Shown here: in pieces, positions 8,857-16,956 of the stretch | Position numbering within the stretch: position 1 is the first letter of the stretch | How the letters are laid out: each line of letters begins with the position of its first letter | Origin: Chloroflexus aggregans DSM 9485 | Lineage (GTDB): Bacteria > Chloroflexota > Chloroflexia > Chloroflexales > Chloroflexaceae | Assembly (NCBI RefSeq): GCF_000021945.1 | Contig: NC_011831.1 | Location: forward strand, 1,313,353 to 1,377,352 | DNA: 64,000 nucleotides | Reading direction: 5' to 3' | The notes under the pieces: generated by a model | The model's input: only the letters and a program-made list of their open reading frames with translations | What the model was told of the DNA's origin: nothing | The model's database searches: none | Program-made: the position numbers and the translations under genes

Positions 8857-11193
8857 CTATCTCCTCTCTTCAGCCTTCTGGCGGGCAGGCGCAGCGATCC
8901 GGGCAGCCAGCATCTGCAAGCCGATCTGCAAGCCGATGCGCCATGCCAGCGGATTGTGGTCCAACTTGTGTGACTTGAGTTTATCTACCAACGCATCCAG
9001 CAGCTTATCGATCACATCCATACCGCGCTTCCCGTCAGCCGTGAAGAAATTCGGTTTGTCGCGGCCGGACAACGATTTGCCGAGGAGGTTCTCTGCATTC
9101 CCTGACCGTTGTAAATCCTGCTTGATGGCATCAACCGAGGTGTGCTGAGAAACATGTAACAGCCGAGCAATCGTCTCAAAACGCCCATCGTTGAAACAAG
9201 CGAAGGATGTTGCTTCCGCTTCGAGCTTTTCCTCCCACTCGCGGGTGAAAGCAAGCACGGCCACAAACGGGGGCGACTGCTCGGCAGACGCCATCTGCAA
9301 CGGGGTGAGATCGAGCATCGGACTGGTGATCCCTTGAAGTTGACGGTAGACCGGATGATTGAACGCAACACGACCGAAGCCCTCATTGCGGCGGAGACCG
9401 ATACCCTGCGCCTCTACCTCCCCCAGACGCTGTCGCAGGTCATCCAACGGGATTCCCTTGAAACTCAGGCGTACACTGGAACCGGCAACGATGGCAATAT
9501 CTCGCGCGCGCGGCAACCCTAACGTGGCATTGAAGGAGTCCACCGTCCGCACCGCTGAAAACGCCAGCGCCTCGCCATTCTGGTTGCAATCAATCGAGAC
9601 TGCTGCGCCATTCGGCAACTGCAACTCGCGCTTTAGCCATGCGGTATCGAACCCACGCCAGAAACGTCCCCACGGATCGACGATAATCGCATCACTCAAC
9701 AATAGCATCGTGACATGCTCCGTTGACGTGAGGCGTCCTGTGAGTGACTGCAAGCTGAACAGCGGTTCGTCGATTTTCTGAAACACGGCGCTGACTTTAC
9801 CATAGCCGCGTTGGGTGGCTTTACCGAGGTGCAGTTCGTTTACCGCTCCATTTGGTTGAAGATTGGCCATGCTCTGTAAAAGGTCCCAGACCGTTTGATC
9901 GGTACAGGTTACCTCACCGACAAAATACTGACCCGGCTCTAAAGCTACGTATCCGTACAGATCGCCGGTACGCACCCGCCCACTGTCAGGATCGATGCGA
10001 ATGTGCATTTCCACCATTGTGGACGGTTTGTGCTTGGAACGCGGCATACCACTGACTAATGAAATAAACCCTTCCAAGCTTGTTAACTGGCCGGTACGCT
10101 TACATCGCGGGCATTCCTCTGGCGCACTCGGATCGAACAGACTCCAGACTCCATGGCCTTTATCTCGGCTAGGATCGGCATGCCCCGGATGCAATTCACA
10201 CGTTAGCAGATCGCGCGGGGCAATTATAGTGGGATAACCATTAGCTTTCTGAAACACTTCTACCGGGGTCAACATCGAGAAGCGCACTGTATCACGGTAG
10301 AACAGATCGACAAAATCTTGGTATACCGACCCCTGAAGTTGCTTTCCCAGATGCTTCGCCGCACGCCACGCCAGCGCGCCGCGCAGCACACTGCCGGGAA
10401 TGATGTCGAGCGTCTCGTACTGATTACCGGCTTCGACCCGACGAGCGATCAGTAACGGTTCGTCAAGCCGCATGAGAACGCGCAAGCGATAGGTATGATG
10501 GTTGGGATAGGGGGGCAACTGAAGCGGACTGATGTTGATTGCGCCGGCAGGCAAGGCGGGTTCTGCGACTTGTTCATCTCTTAACCGCTTGGCCAATCGA
10601 TCCAGAATCGCGGTTTCCTGCGCTCGATCAACAAGATGAATCTCGCACTCACCATAGCCACGCCGCTTCCCGGCGCCAAGATTACGCAGCATACGTGCAG
10701 CGGCGACGAGCCATTCAGCCTCGCGCTGCGCATCGGCATCATCATTCTGGCACTCGGCCACGAAGCGGAAGTGCAAGCTGCCATCACCCTCCTCACGGGT
10801 GAACAGTTTATTTTTCTCGGCCCGACGTGTGCGAGGATTAACCCGCACGCGCGTTGTGATCTGCGCCGCCGTTTCGCCCGCACTCCACACGTCCGATGGC
10901 ACGAGCGGTGTCATCATACCCGCAGGTCGTGCAGAAGAGATACGCCAACGCTTTTGGCGGGCGGGCGAACCGAAGATCGTATCCACCACATGGTGATTGG
11001 ACGCGAACACTTGCAGTGTCAGCAGGTTGGTTAAACTTTCGCGCAGGAGACCGGCCAGCACCGTGCCGCGGATTACCGGTACGCCGTCGGCATCGCGGAG
11101 TAGGGCCGAGTCAACTTGCAGACCGAGACCATAACCGGCGCCGATGTGGTAATCGCTCTTGAACTCGATCTCGAATTCGAGACGGATACTCAT
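8857..11193 (-). CDS. RAMP fusion protein (778 aa): N-terminal Csm5/Cmr6-like Cas7 domain, second Cas5 (Csm4/Cmr3)-like domain, helical C-terminal extension
   Basis: Domain 1 has DYHIGAGYG, VIRGTVLAGLLRE, IFGSP and LGAGKRRGYGE. Domain 2 has IIPGSVLRGALAWR, VRFSMLTP (resembling the Csm4 'fS.a.P' motif), an ECPRCKR zinc motif and GIGLRRNEGFGRV. The last roughly 150 aa are predicted helical and could be a fused Cas11. The gene is adjacent to cas10. Confidence 0.5.
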   Translation of the reverse strand: MSIRLEFEIEFKSDYHIGAGYGLGLQVDSALLRDADGVPVIRGTVLAGLLRESLTNLLTLQVFASNHHVVDTIFGSPARQKRWRISSARPAGMMTPLVPSDVWSAGETAAQITTRVRVNPRTRRAEKNKLFTREEGDGSLHFRFVAECQNDDADAQREAEWLVAAARMLRNLGAGKRRGYGECEIHLVDRAQETAILDRLAKRLRDEQVAEPALPAGAINISPLQLPPYPNHHTYRLRVLMRLDEPLLIARRVEAGNQYETLDIIPGSVLRGALAWRAAKHLGKQLQGSVYQDFVDLFYRDTVRFSMLTPVEVFQKANGYPTIIAPRDLLTCELHPGHADPSRDKGHGVWSLFDPSAPEECPRCKRTGQLTSLEGFISLVSGMPRSKHKPSTMVEMHIRIDPDSGRVRTGDLYGYVALEPGQYFVGEVTCTDQTVWDLLQSMANLQPNGAVNELHLGKATQRGYGKVSAVFQKIDEPLFSLQSLTGRLTSTEHVTMLLLSDAIIVDPWGRFWRGFDTAWLKRELQLPNGAAVSIDCNQNGEALAFSAVRTVDSFNATLGLPRARDIAIVAGSSVRLSFKGIPLDDLRQRLGEVEAQGIGLRRNEGFGRVAFNHPVYRQLQGITSPMLDLTPLQMASAEQSPPFVAVLAFTREWEEKLEAEATSFACFNDGRFETIARLLHVSQHTSVDAIKQDLQRSGNAENLLGKSLSGRDKPNFFTADGKRGMDVIDKLLDALVDKLKSHKLDHNPLAWRIGLQIGLQMLAARIAAPARQKAEERR

Positions 11194-12818
11194 GCCTCGT
11201 CCTCCTGCGGTTCATAATCGTCGGGGTTATGACTCAACTCCTGCGCAAACTCCCAAACTTCCAGCAGATCGAGCATGCCGTGAACGACCACATCGCGGTT
11301 ATCGCGCGTGATACTGCGCCAATAGTGAGCGCCATTCCCGTCGTTCTTGGGCTTGCCCAGCACCGCAAGCGCATCGACTACCGCCGAACGTGAAGCTGCA
11401 CTCAATCGCTCCAAAATCCATTCGAGCCGATGCTGCGTCCACCGTTCTAAGTTTTGGGTACGCTGCTGCACAGGAATATCCGTCTGCACCTCGGCAAAAC
11501 AACGGCGCAATTCGGCCAGACGCTTCCGGGGAAGATCTTTCAGGGCATAGCGCTGCGCCAGCAGATGCTTGAGGTCGATCCCGCGCAGCAAGGCGTCTTT
11601 CGAGAGATCGTGCTCTGCGACCCAATACGGACGTAACGAGCGCCGGATGACCTGATCACCGTCTGCCTCGGCCATACCCGCCAACCGATTGCCCAAAATG
11701 ACCTCGAAATTGACCGCCGATAGATGCCCGTTCGTCTTGGCAGCCAGCAATTTGCTCTGGCGCTTGGCATCCTCCAGCAAAGCTTCGGCCCGGCGATGGG
11801 CCAGTGCATACGGATAGGTACGCTTGCAAATCACCACTGCTGCGGCAATCGTCGGGCGAGGCACATTGTGCAGACCTATCTTATTTACCAGCATCTGCAT
11901 ACGCTCTTCCCATTCGAGGCAGAAGCGACGGGCAATATCGAGCGCATACGACGCCGGCACAAGTGCAAAGAGATCATCACCACCGAGAATGAGCGGGAGC
12001 ATCGGCATCATCGTCGCCTGTGCCGGAACTTGCTTGCGGAACTCAATCATCGGAACGGCCAGACTCTCACTCAGCACCGTTGATAGACCTTGCGAAAGGT
12101 TCTGGAGCTGCCCCTGGTCACAATTGCCGAATAATTGACCCATACCGTTGCCGTCGGCCACCAAATAGGCTACGTAGTTTCGTTTACTCAGGTCAAAAAC
12201 GGCAATGGCATCGGCGTCTTCGGGCCAATCGGGTTCAATGTGGGCAGGAATTGCCGCTTTCTTAGCATAAGGATCGTACACTCCACCAAGGAATTCGCGC
12301 AGACCACGATCACGCTCAGTTGCTTTGATCTGACAGGTCGCACACAGATACCTGTGGCGGGAATCGTTCCTTCCCGCCAGCCGATCACGCCGTTCCGCCA
12401 ACCCCACGCCACACGACTCGCAGAATGCGACATACGGCATATGCACTTCGGCTACTACTCCCTGCCGATGACTCTTCGCCCAGCGCAACTTTGTACCGGC
12501 TTCATCATTGGCCGTGCGGAAATCACTGTTCATCGCTACAGGCTCAGCAACTGTCAGACTGCCACCCAACGCCAGCCGGTAGCGTTCAGCCAGATCGGCG
12601 CCGAAAGCAACCGCGTCATTTCGATCGTCAAAGATCACCCGAAAACTACCACCATCGTTGACCACAACCTGACCGTTGTACTGCTTCGCCAAGGTATCTT
12701 CGACGCTACGGCAGAAGCGAGTCAGCAACTGACTCGCCCCAACCACTTCGCGCAAGCGCGAAGAGCGAAAGATGAAATCCTGAATCTTATCGGCCTCGGC
12801 GGCCAAGAGGTAGGGCAT
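11190..12818 (-). CDS. cas10: Cas10 (minimal, no HD domain; cyclase GGDD intact)
   Basis: The N-terminal ADKIQDFIF motif is a palm-domain hallmark. CESCGVGLAE...RYLCATCQ is a treble-clef zinc finger. ILGGDDLFALV is the GGDD cyclase motif. At 542 aa it is too short to carry an HD nuclease domain. Confidence 0.75.
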   Translation of the reverse strand: MPYLLAAEADKIQDFIFRSSRLREVVGASQLLTRFCRSVEDTLAKQYNGQVVVNDGGSFRVIFDDRNDAVAFGADLAERYRLALGGSLTVAEPVAMNSDFRTANDEAGTKLRWAKSHRQGVVAEVHMPYVAFCESCGVGLAERRDRLAGRNDSRHRYLCATCQIKATERDRGLREFLGGVYDPYAKKAAIPAHIEPDWPEDADAIAVFDLSKRNYVAYLVADGNGMGQLFGNCDQGQLQNLSQGLSTVLSESLAVPMIEFRKQVPAQATMMPMLPLILGGDDLFALVPASYALDIARRFCLEWEERMQMLVNKIGLHNVPRPTIAAAVVICKRTYPYALAHRRAEALLEDAKRQSKLLAAKTNGHLSAVNFEVILGNRLAGMAEADGDQVIRRSLRPYWVAEHDLSKDALLRGIDLKHLLAQRYALKDLPRKRLAELRRCFAEVQTDIPVQQRTQNLERWTQHRLEWILERLSAASRSAVVDALAVLGKPKNDGNGAHYWRSITRDNRDVVVHGMLDLLEVWEFAQELSHNPDDYEPQEDEA

Positions 12819-12836
12819 AGGTGGACCTCCAATTAT

Positions 12837-14570
12837 TTATTGGCGCAGACCCGGCGGTAGGAATGTCAGATCGCATACCTCAACCAAACGCGACCACGAA
12901 GGTGCTGCGACTCGCTCTTTCCTTCCTGTAGCAACAGCAACCGTACCTGGATAGAAATACTCTAACCAGTTTTGGATAAACTCATCCACAGCAGCCTTTA
13001 CCCACTCCAACGCGGCCTCGGCAACAGAACGAGGAAGGTGCAGATGGGTATGAATGGCTTCACCGCGCAGTTTGGTGAAACCCTGATAATTCTTGTGAGA
13101 AAAATCGAGCGCTTTGCCGTTCCAATACTTACTGAGTGAAGGGCAGCCCGACGCAATTTCTACTTTTCCAATCTGTCGCAGGTCAAGCGGATCGCCTCCC
13201 ACCAATACCCCTCGCATTGCCCTAGCCCCACTGTGATCGGCGAGAAGTTTGAAACCTTTGATCTGATCGGCATTAGATAAATTACTCACTTTGCTCGTTG
13301 ACCCGCTATTGTCCTTCAGGACGAGGCTATCTTTGAGCCAGGCAATACATAGCCGCGCCTTCAAGAGAAACTCGTCCAGAGCGGCCGCCCGCAAATACGC
13401 CGAACGGTAATCTTCATTCTTCGTAATCAACCGCTCGTTCTTCGCCAGCTCATCGCTCACATACGCCAGCAGCGGTTCTGGTCGGGCAAACAGCGAATGA
13501 GTAGGGGCGGGATCGCCATGTTTCAACTTCAGATGTTCATCCAGCAACTGCTGCGCCGCAGCGGTTGCGGTCGTTGCTGCGGACACATTGGGCCAAATCG
13601 GACCTAAGACATCAATGCTCCACGGCACCACATCATCGGGCAACGGTGGATTGAAGCGATCGCGCATCTGCTTAGCAACGGCGTAATTGCCGTTTTCCCA
13701 CTCTTCATACATTCTGAGCAACTCGGCCAAACGCTGTACCTTCTCCAGATCACACGGCTCAAACAGCGACTCACCATCGGCAGTAACGTCCAGAGTTTGC
13801 GACATCGCGCCGAGGATACCACTCCCCTGACGATCGGGGCTGTGCTTCGTCCCCAACAAAACCAGTGCATTGCGGAAGCTGTAGCTTTCGTACAACCGTC
13901 GCACCTGCTCCCAGTCGCGCAGGTGGAAGGCTGCGTAGGGGTTGGCAACGGTGCCAATGCGACAGGTAAAGCCATAGGGCCGGTGCCAATCACGGTCATA
14001 CTCATCAAAATCGACATAGGTGATCGGCAGACCCGAATGAGCCGCGTAGAGAAATGCGCCCACCACCATACTCTTCTTAGCGCCGGTAATGTCTACGACG
14101 TTGGTGTAACCTGCCGGAGGTTGGGCTTCCTGTTTTTGGAACGCTTTGCAGAGAGTGCGGAAAACGTGGGTAGGCGTATCTTTGGGCAGTTCGATCAGGT
14201 CAAAACTATTGTCCGCCAAGTCGGGACGGAACTGTTCAGGGAGGGGAGCCTGCTTCAGGCTCAGCATATACTGCTTAAGCAGCGTACCATGATCGACGCC
14301 CGGCATCCCGCTATACGATGTATTCAATACCAACACCACCCGCTGCGGCTTCAACACGCAAACAACCTGCAACAACGGCTCAAACGACTCGCCGACGGTC
14401 AGCGCTAAGGTATGCACGGGCCGGTCAACACCGCGTAGCCGATCAGGTTCTTGAGCAGCTATCTTAAGTTCGCAACCCAGCAATTGCTTAATATAATCCT
14501 CATAGTCACGTTTATTCCAGTATTTGCGCGTCTGTTCCCTCAAATTGTCAACATCACACTTGCCACCCAT
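12837..14570 (-). CDS. csm6: Csm6-like CARF-HEPN protein (577 aa)
   Basis: The CARF Rossmann core is HTLALTVGESFEPLLQVVCVLKP...VVLVLNT plus VVDITGAKKSMVVG (DxTGxK type). C-terminal RGEAIH matches Rx4H HEPN. It is the first gene of the operon. Confidence 0.55.
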   Translation of the reverse strand: MGGKCDVDNLREQTRKYWNKRDYEDYIKQLLGCELKIAAQEPDRLRGVDRPVHTLALTVGESFEPLLQVVCVLKPQRVVLVLNTSYSGMPGVDHGTLLKQYMLSLKQAPLPEQFRPDLADNSFDLIELPKDTPTHVFRTLCKAFQKQEAQPPAGYTNVVDITGAKKSMVVGAFLYAAHSGLPITYVDFDEYDRDWHRPYGFTCRIGTVANPYAAFHLRDWEQVRRLYESYSFRNALVLLGTKHSPDRQGSGILGAMSQTLDVTADGESLFEPCDLEKVQRLAELLRMYEEWENGNYAVAKQMRDRFNPPLPDDVVPWSIDVLGPIWPNVSAATTATAAAQQLLDEHLKLKHGDPAPTHSLFARPEPLLAYVSDELAKNERLITKNEDYRSAYLRAAALDEFLLKARLCIAWLKDSLVLKDNSGSTSKVSNLSNADQIKGFKLLADHSGARAMRGVLVGGDPLDLRQIGKVEIASGCPSLSKYWNGKALDFSHKNYQGFTKLRGEAIHTHLHLPRSVAEAALEWVKAAVDEFIQNWLEYFYPGTVAVATGRKERVAAPSWSRLVEVCDLTFLPPGLRQ

Positions 14571-14723
14571 ACACCCCTCCCTTGTGGATAACCACTACGT
14601 ACATCGGTTGGCAGCCTGATCTGCTCTTGCAGTCTACATTACCACTACTGTCGGTGCAGCTCATCCCCACTCCTGCTGATTCTTCCTCATCACTTCTGCT
14701 GATGCGAATCGGTTGAACGGCTG

Positions 14724-15590
14724 CTACACTCCCTCAATAAACATAGCAAAATGATCGCGGATGAAGCGATAGTCGAGTGGTTCGCTGTTCGAAAGTTCCC
14801 ATGCGTTGCGGCACTCGGCCAGGATGGCGGTCTTGTGCGTGTTGACCGTGCTGAGCGAGATCGATAGACGCTCGGCGACCTGGTCGGGGCGAAAGCCCTG
14901 CGCAAAGGCACGAAGTACGTCGCGTTCGCGCGGACTGAGCCGGTCCCAGACTTGACGGCAGCGTGGATCGTCAACCGCAGTGAGTTGGCGTAGGTAAGAA
15001 GGAAGCGATGTCTGTTGGGTGAGTACCCGTAGTCCGGGGAAAAAAGCACCCCACGGCTTGAGAGGAACCGCGATGAGACGCACACCATCGGCGGGCGAGA
15101 CGTGCATCTGCGCACCGTCTTTGACTCGTGCTAGCGTCGCTTCAGGGGTGTGCATGTGCCATAAGCGGTCACTGAAATCGCCGTAGATGGAGATAACTGA
15201 GGTTACCAGTAAGGCCAGCATTCGCCGTCCACCGCTGATGCAGAGGTGCAACCGGCGGCCTTCGGTTTTGAGATTGGTGATAAGGTCGCGGATGGTGGCG
15301 AAGGCGGCATCGGCATCGGCTTCGGTACGGATGTCGTCGAGTTCAATGCCGTTGCGGGTAATCGGTACGTGTCGGAGCCGACAGCGTTGACCGGCGTAGT
15401 AGTCGTCAACGAATTCGGCTTGCAGCCTTTGCCAGGCTTGTCGGATGCGCGGATTGGCCAATGAGAGGTGCAAGATATAGACTTCGTTGATGGCTTCACC
15501 TTGGGCGAGCAGGGCGTCGAGGGCGAAGGTGATCACTTGGGGCTGACCACCAAGGGTTGCGATCAGTGTTGTCGAGTGAGATGTTGTCAT
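14724..15590 (-). CDS. Transcriptional regulator: N-terminal CARF/Csa3-like Rossmann domain plus C-terminal LuxR/GerE HTH
   Basis: Has TLIATLGGQPQVITFALDALLAQGEAINEVYILHLS (Csa3/CARF-like) and C-terminal LSPRERDVLRAFAQGF...LSISLSTVNTHKTAIL (LuxR HTH). The ORF track extends upstream to 15935, but that part reads through the promoter. The likely start is MTTSHS at about 15590, with an alternative at about 15629. Confidence 0.5.
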   Translation of the reverse strand: MTTSHSTTLIATLGGQPQVITFALDALLAQGEAINEVYILHLSLANPRIRQAWQRLQAEFVDDYYAGQRCRLRHVPITRNGIELDDIRTEADADAAFATIRDLITNLKTEGRRLHLCISGGRRMLALLVTSVISIYGDFSDRLWHMHTPEATLARVKDGAQMHVSPADGVRLIAVPLKPWGAFFPGLRVLTQQTSLPSYLRQLTAVDDPRCRQVWDRLSPRERDVLRAFAQGFRPDQVAERLSISLSTVNTHKTAILAECRNAWELSNSEPLDYRFIRDHFAMFIEGV

Positions 15591-15613
15591 AAGACTGTTT
15601 GTCAAGCGTTGTT

Positions 15614-15628
15614 TGCTATATGATAGCA
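15614..15628. promoter_or_regulatory. Inverted repeat TGCTAT-ATG-ATAGCA in the divergent promoter region; candidate operator
   Basis: Perfect 6-bp arms with a 3-bp spacer lie between the divergently transcribed CARF-HTH regulator and the P-loop/Csx3-like gene. Confidence 0.3.
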
Positions 15629-15671
15629 TGTTCACAATGTTTATCACAATATTCTGATCTCGTTTGAAGGA

Positions 15672-16829
15672 GTGAACGTTGTGGCCTCGTCGTCTACCTT
15701 TCCTGCTGTTATGATCGGTGGTCCTCCGCACAGCGGTAAGTCGGTGTTGGTGTATGCGTTGTCGCGTGCGCTGCGTGCAGCAAATACGACCCACTATGTG
15801 TTGCGGGCTTGTCCTGATGGCGAGGGCGATTGGAGCCATGAGACGCCGGAGGAGCGGGTACGGTTGTTGCGACAGAAGGGCCGGTTTAGCAGTGAATTTG
15901 TCGAGCGAGTACGCTGTGCTATTGAGCGTCGCCACTTGCCGTTGTTAGTTGATGTGGGTGGTAAGCCGACGCTTGAGCAAGAGCAGATCTTGCGCGCATG
16001 CACCCATGCGGTGTTGCTGGCAGCTACGCCAGAAGGTTTGGCCGAATGGCGCGAACGAGCCGAGCGGTGTGGGTTGATCATTATCGCCGAATTGCAGTCG
16101 GTATTGCATGACGAAGATCGGGTTGATGAAAAAACACCGGTGTTGCGCGGCGTCATTAGTAAGCTGGAGCGGCAACATCCGCCTCATGGTTTGATGGTGC
16201 AAACATTAAGCGAACGGTTACGGCATCTGTTCGCGTTCTCGCCGGAAGAGCTGAAGGAACGGCTGTTTCCAAGAGCGCCTACGGAGTTTATTGTCGATCT
16301 TGATCGACTTGCTCGCTCTGCCGGGACTACACATTGGCAGCCGTCTGATCTTTCCCGCATCTTACGTGAGATCCCGCTCACAACGTGTTCAATCTACGAG
16401 CGCGGTCCGAATTGGTTGTATGCAGCGCTGGCTTTGCACATTGCACCGGAACCGGTGTTTCTGTTTAACCCGCTCTTAGGTTGGGTTCGTCCGCCGTCAG
16501 TAGTGCCCGGCGAACAGCCATCAGACTTGCTGCAATGGAAACTGCAAACCACACCCACCTTTACGTGGATCGAAGCCAATCCTACCCAAGCCTACCTCGA
16601 CTATGACGAGATGCAGCAGTTGGTTGCACCGGCTCTCGATCCGCAGCGCGGTGTCGTGCTCAGTGGAAAGCTACCGCACTGGTTGTTGATCGGTCTTGCC
16701 CTCGCCTATCGCCAGCATCCGTGGATCGCAGTAGTGCAAGCTCAACAGTACGACAACGGTGTGGTGGTGTGGAGTCGCGATCCGCAGTACCCAATCGGGT
16801 CACTGGTGCCGCTCTCGTCTTTCCCTTAA
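15672..16829 (+). CDS. P-loop NTPase fused to two Csx3/Crn3-like (cyclic-oligoadenylate ring-nuclease-like) repeats
   Basis: N-terminal Walker A MIGGPPHSGKSVL. Two C-terminal segments (GPNWLYAALALHIAPEPVFLFNPLLGWV and GKLPHWLLIGLALAYRQHPWIAVVQAQQYDNGVVVW) resemble the Csx3 core recalled as 'LP.WL.aALAlh....vAVy.prlg.vvv'. This is recalled from memory and not profile-verified. Confidence 0.4.
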   Translation: MNVVASSSTFPAVMIGGPPHSGKSVLVYALSRALRAANTTHYVLRACPDGEGDWSHETPEERVRLLRQKGRFSSEFVERVRCAIERRHLPLLVDVGGKPTLEQEQILRACTHAVLLAATPEGLAEWRERAERCGLIIIAELQSVLHDEDRVDEKTPVLRGVISKLERQHPPHGLMVQTLSERLRHLFAFSPEELKERLFPRAPTEFIVDLDRLARSAGTTHWQPSDLSRILREIPLTTCSIYERGPNWLYAALALHIAPEPVFLFNPLLGWVRPPSVVPGEQPSDLLQWKLQTTPTFTWIEANPTQAYLDYDEMQQLVAPALDPQRGVVLSGKLPHWLLIGLALAYRQHPWIAVVQAQQYDNGVVVWSRDPQYPIGSLVPLSSFP

Positions 16830-16956
16830 CCCTGCTCATCTTAGAGACAAGATCTGTGGGGAACCGCTCCACTCTTCGCACCGGGAACAAAGCCGGGTTA
16901 CAAAGTCACGAAAAGCGAGATTAGGGGGTGAGGACTACACAGACGAGGTAGCAAGC

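Noticed and set aside
14724-15935. The 403-aa version of the regulator ORF
   Set aside because: The upstream 115 codons run through the divergent promoter and are low-complexity (R/Q/T-rich). The real start is MTTSHS (about 15590) or MLSYSK (about 15629).
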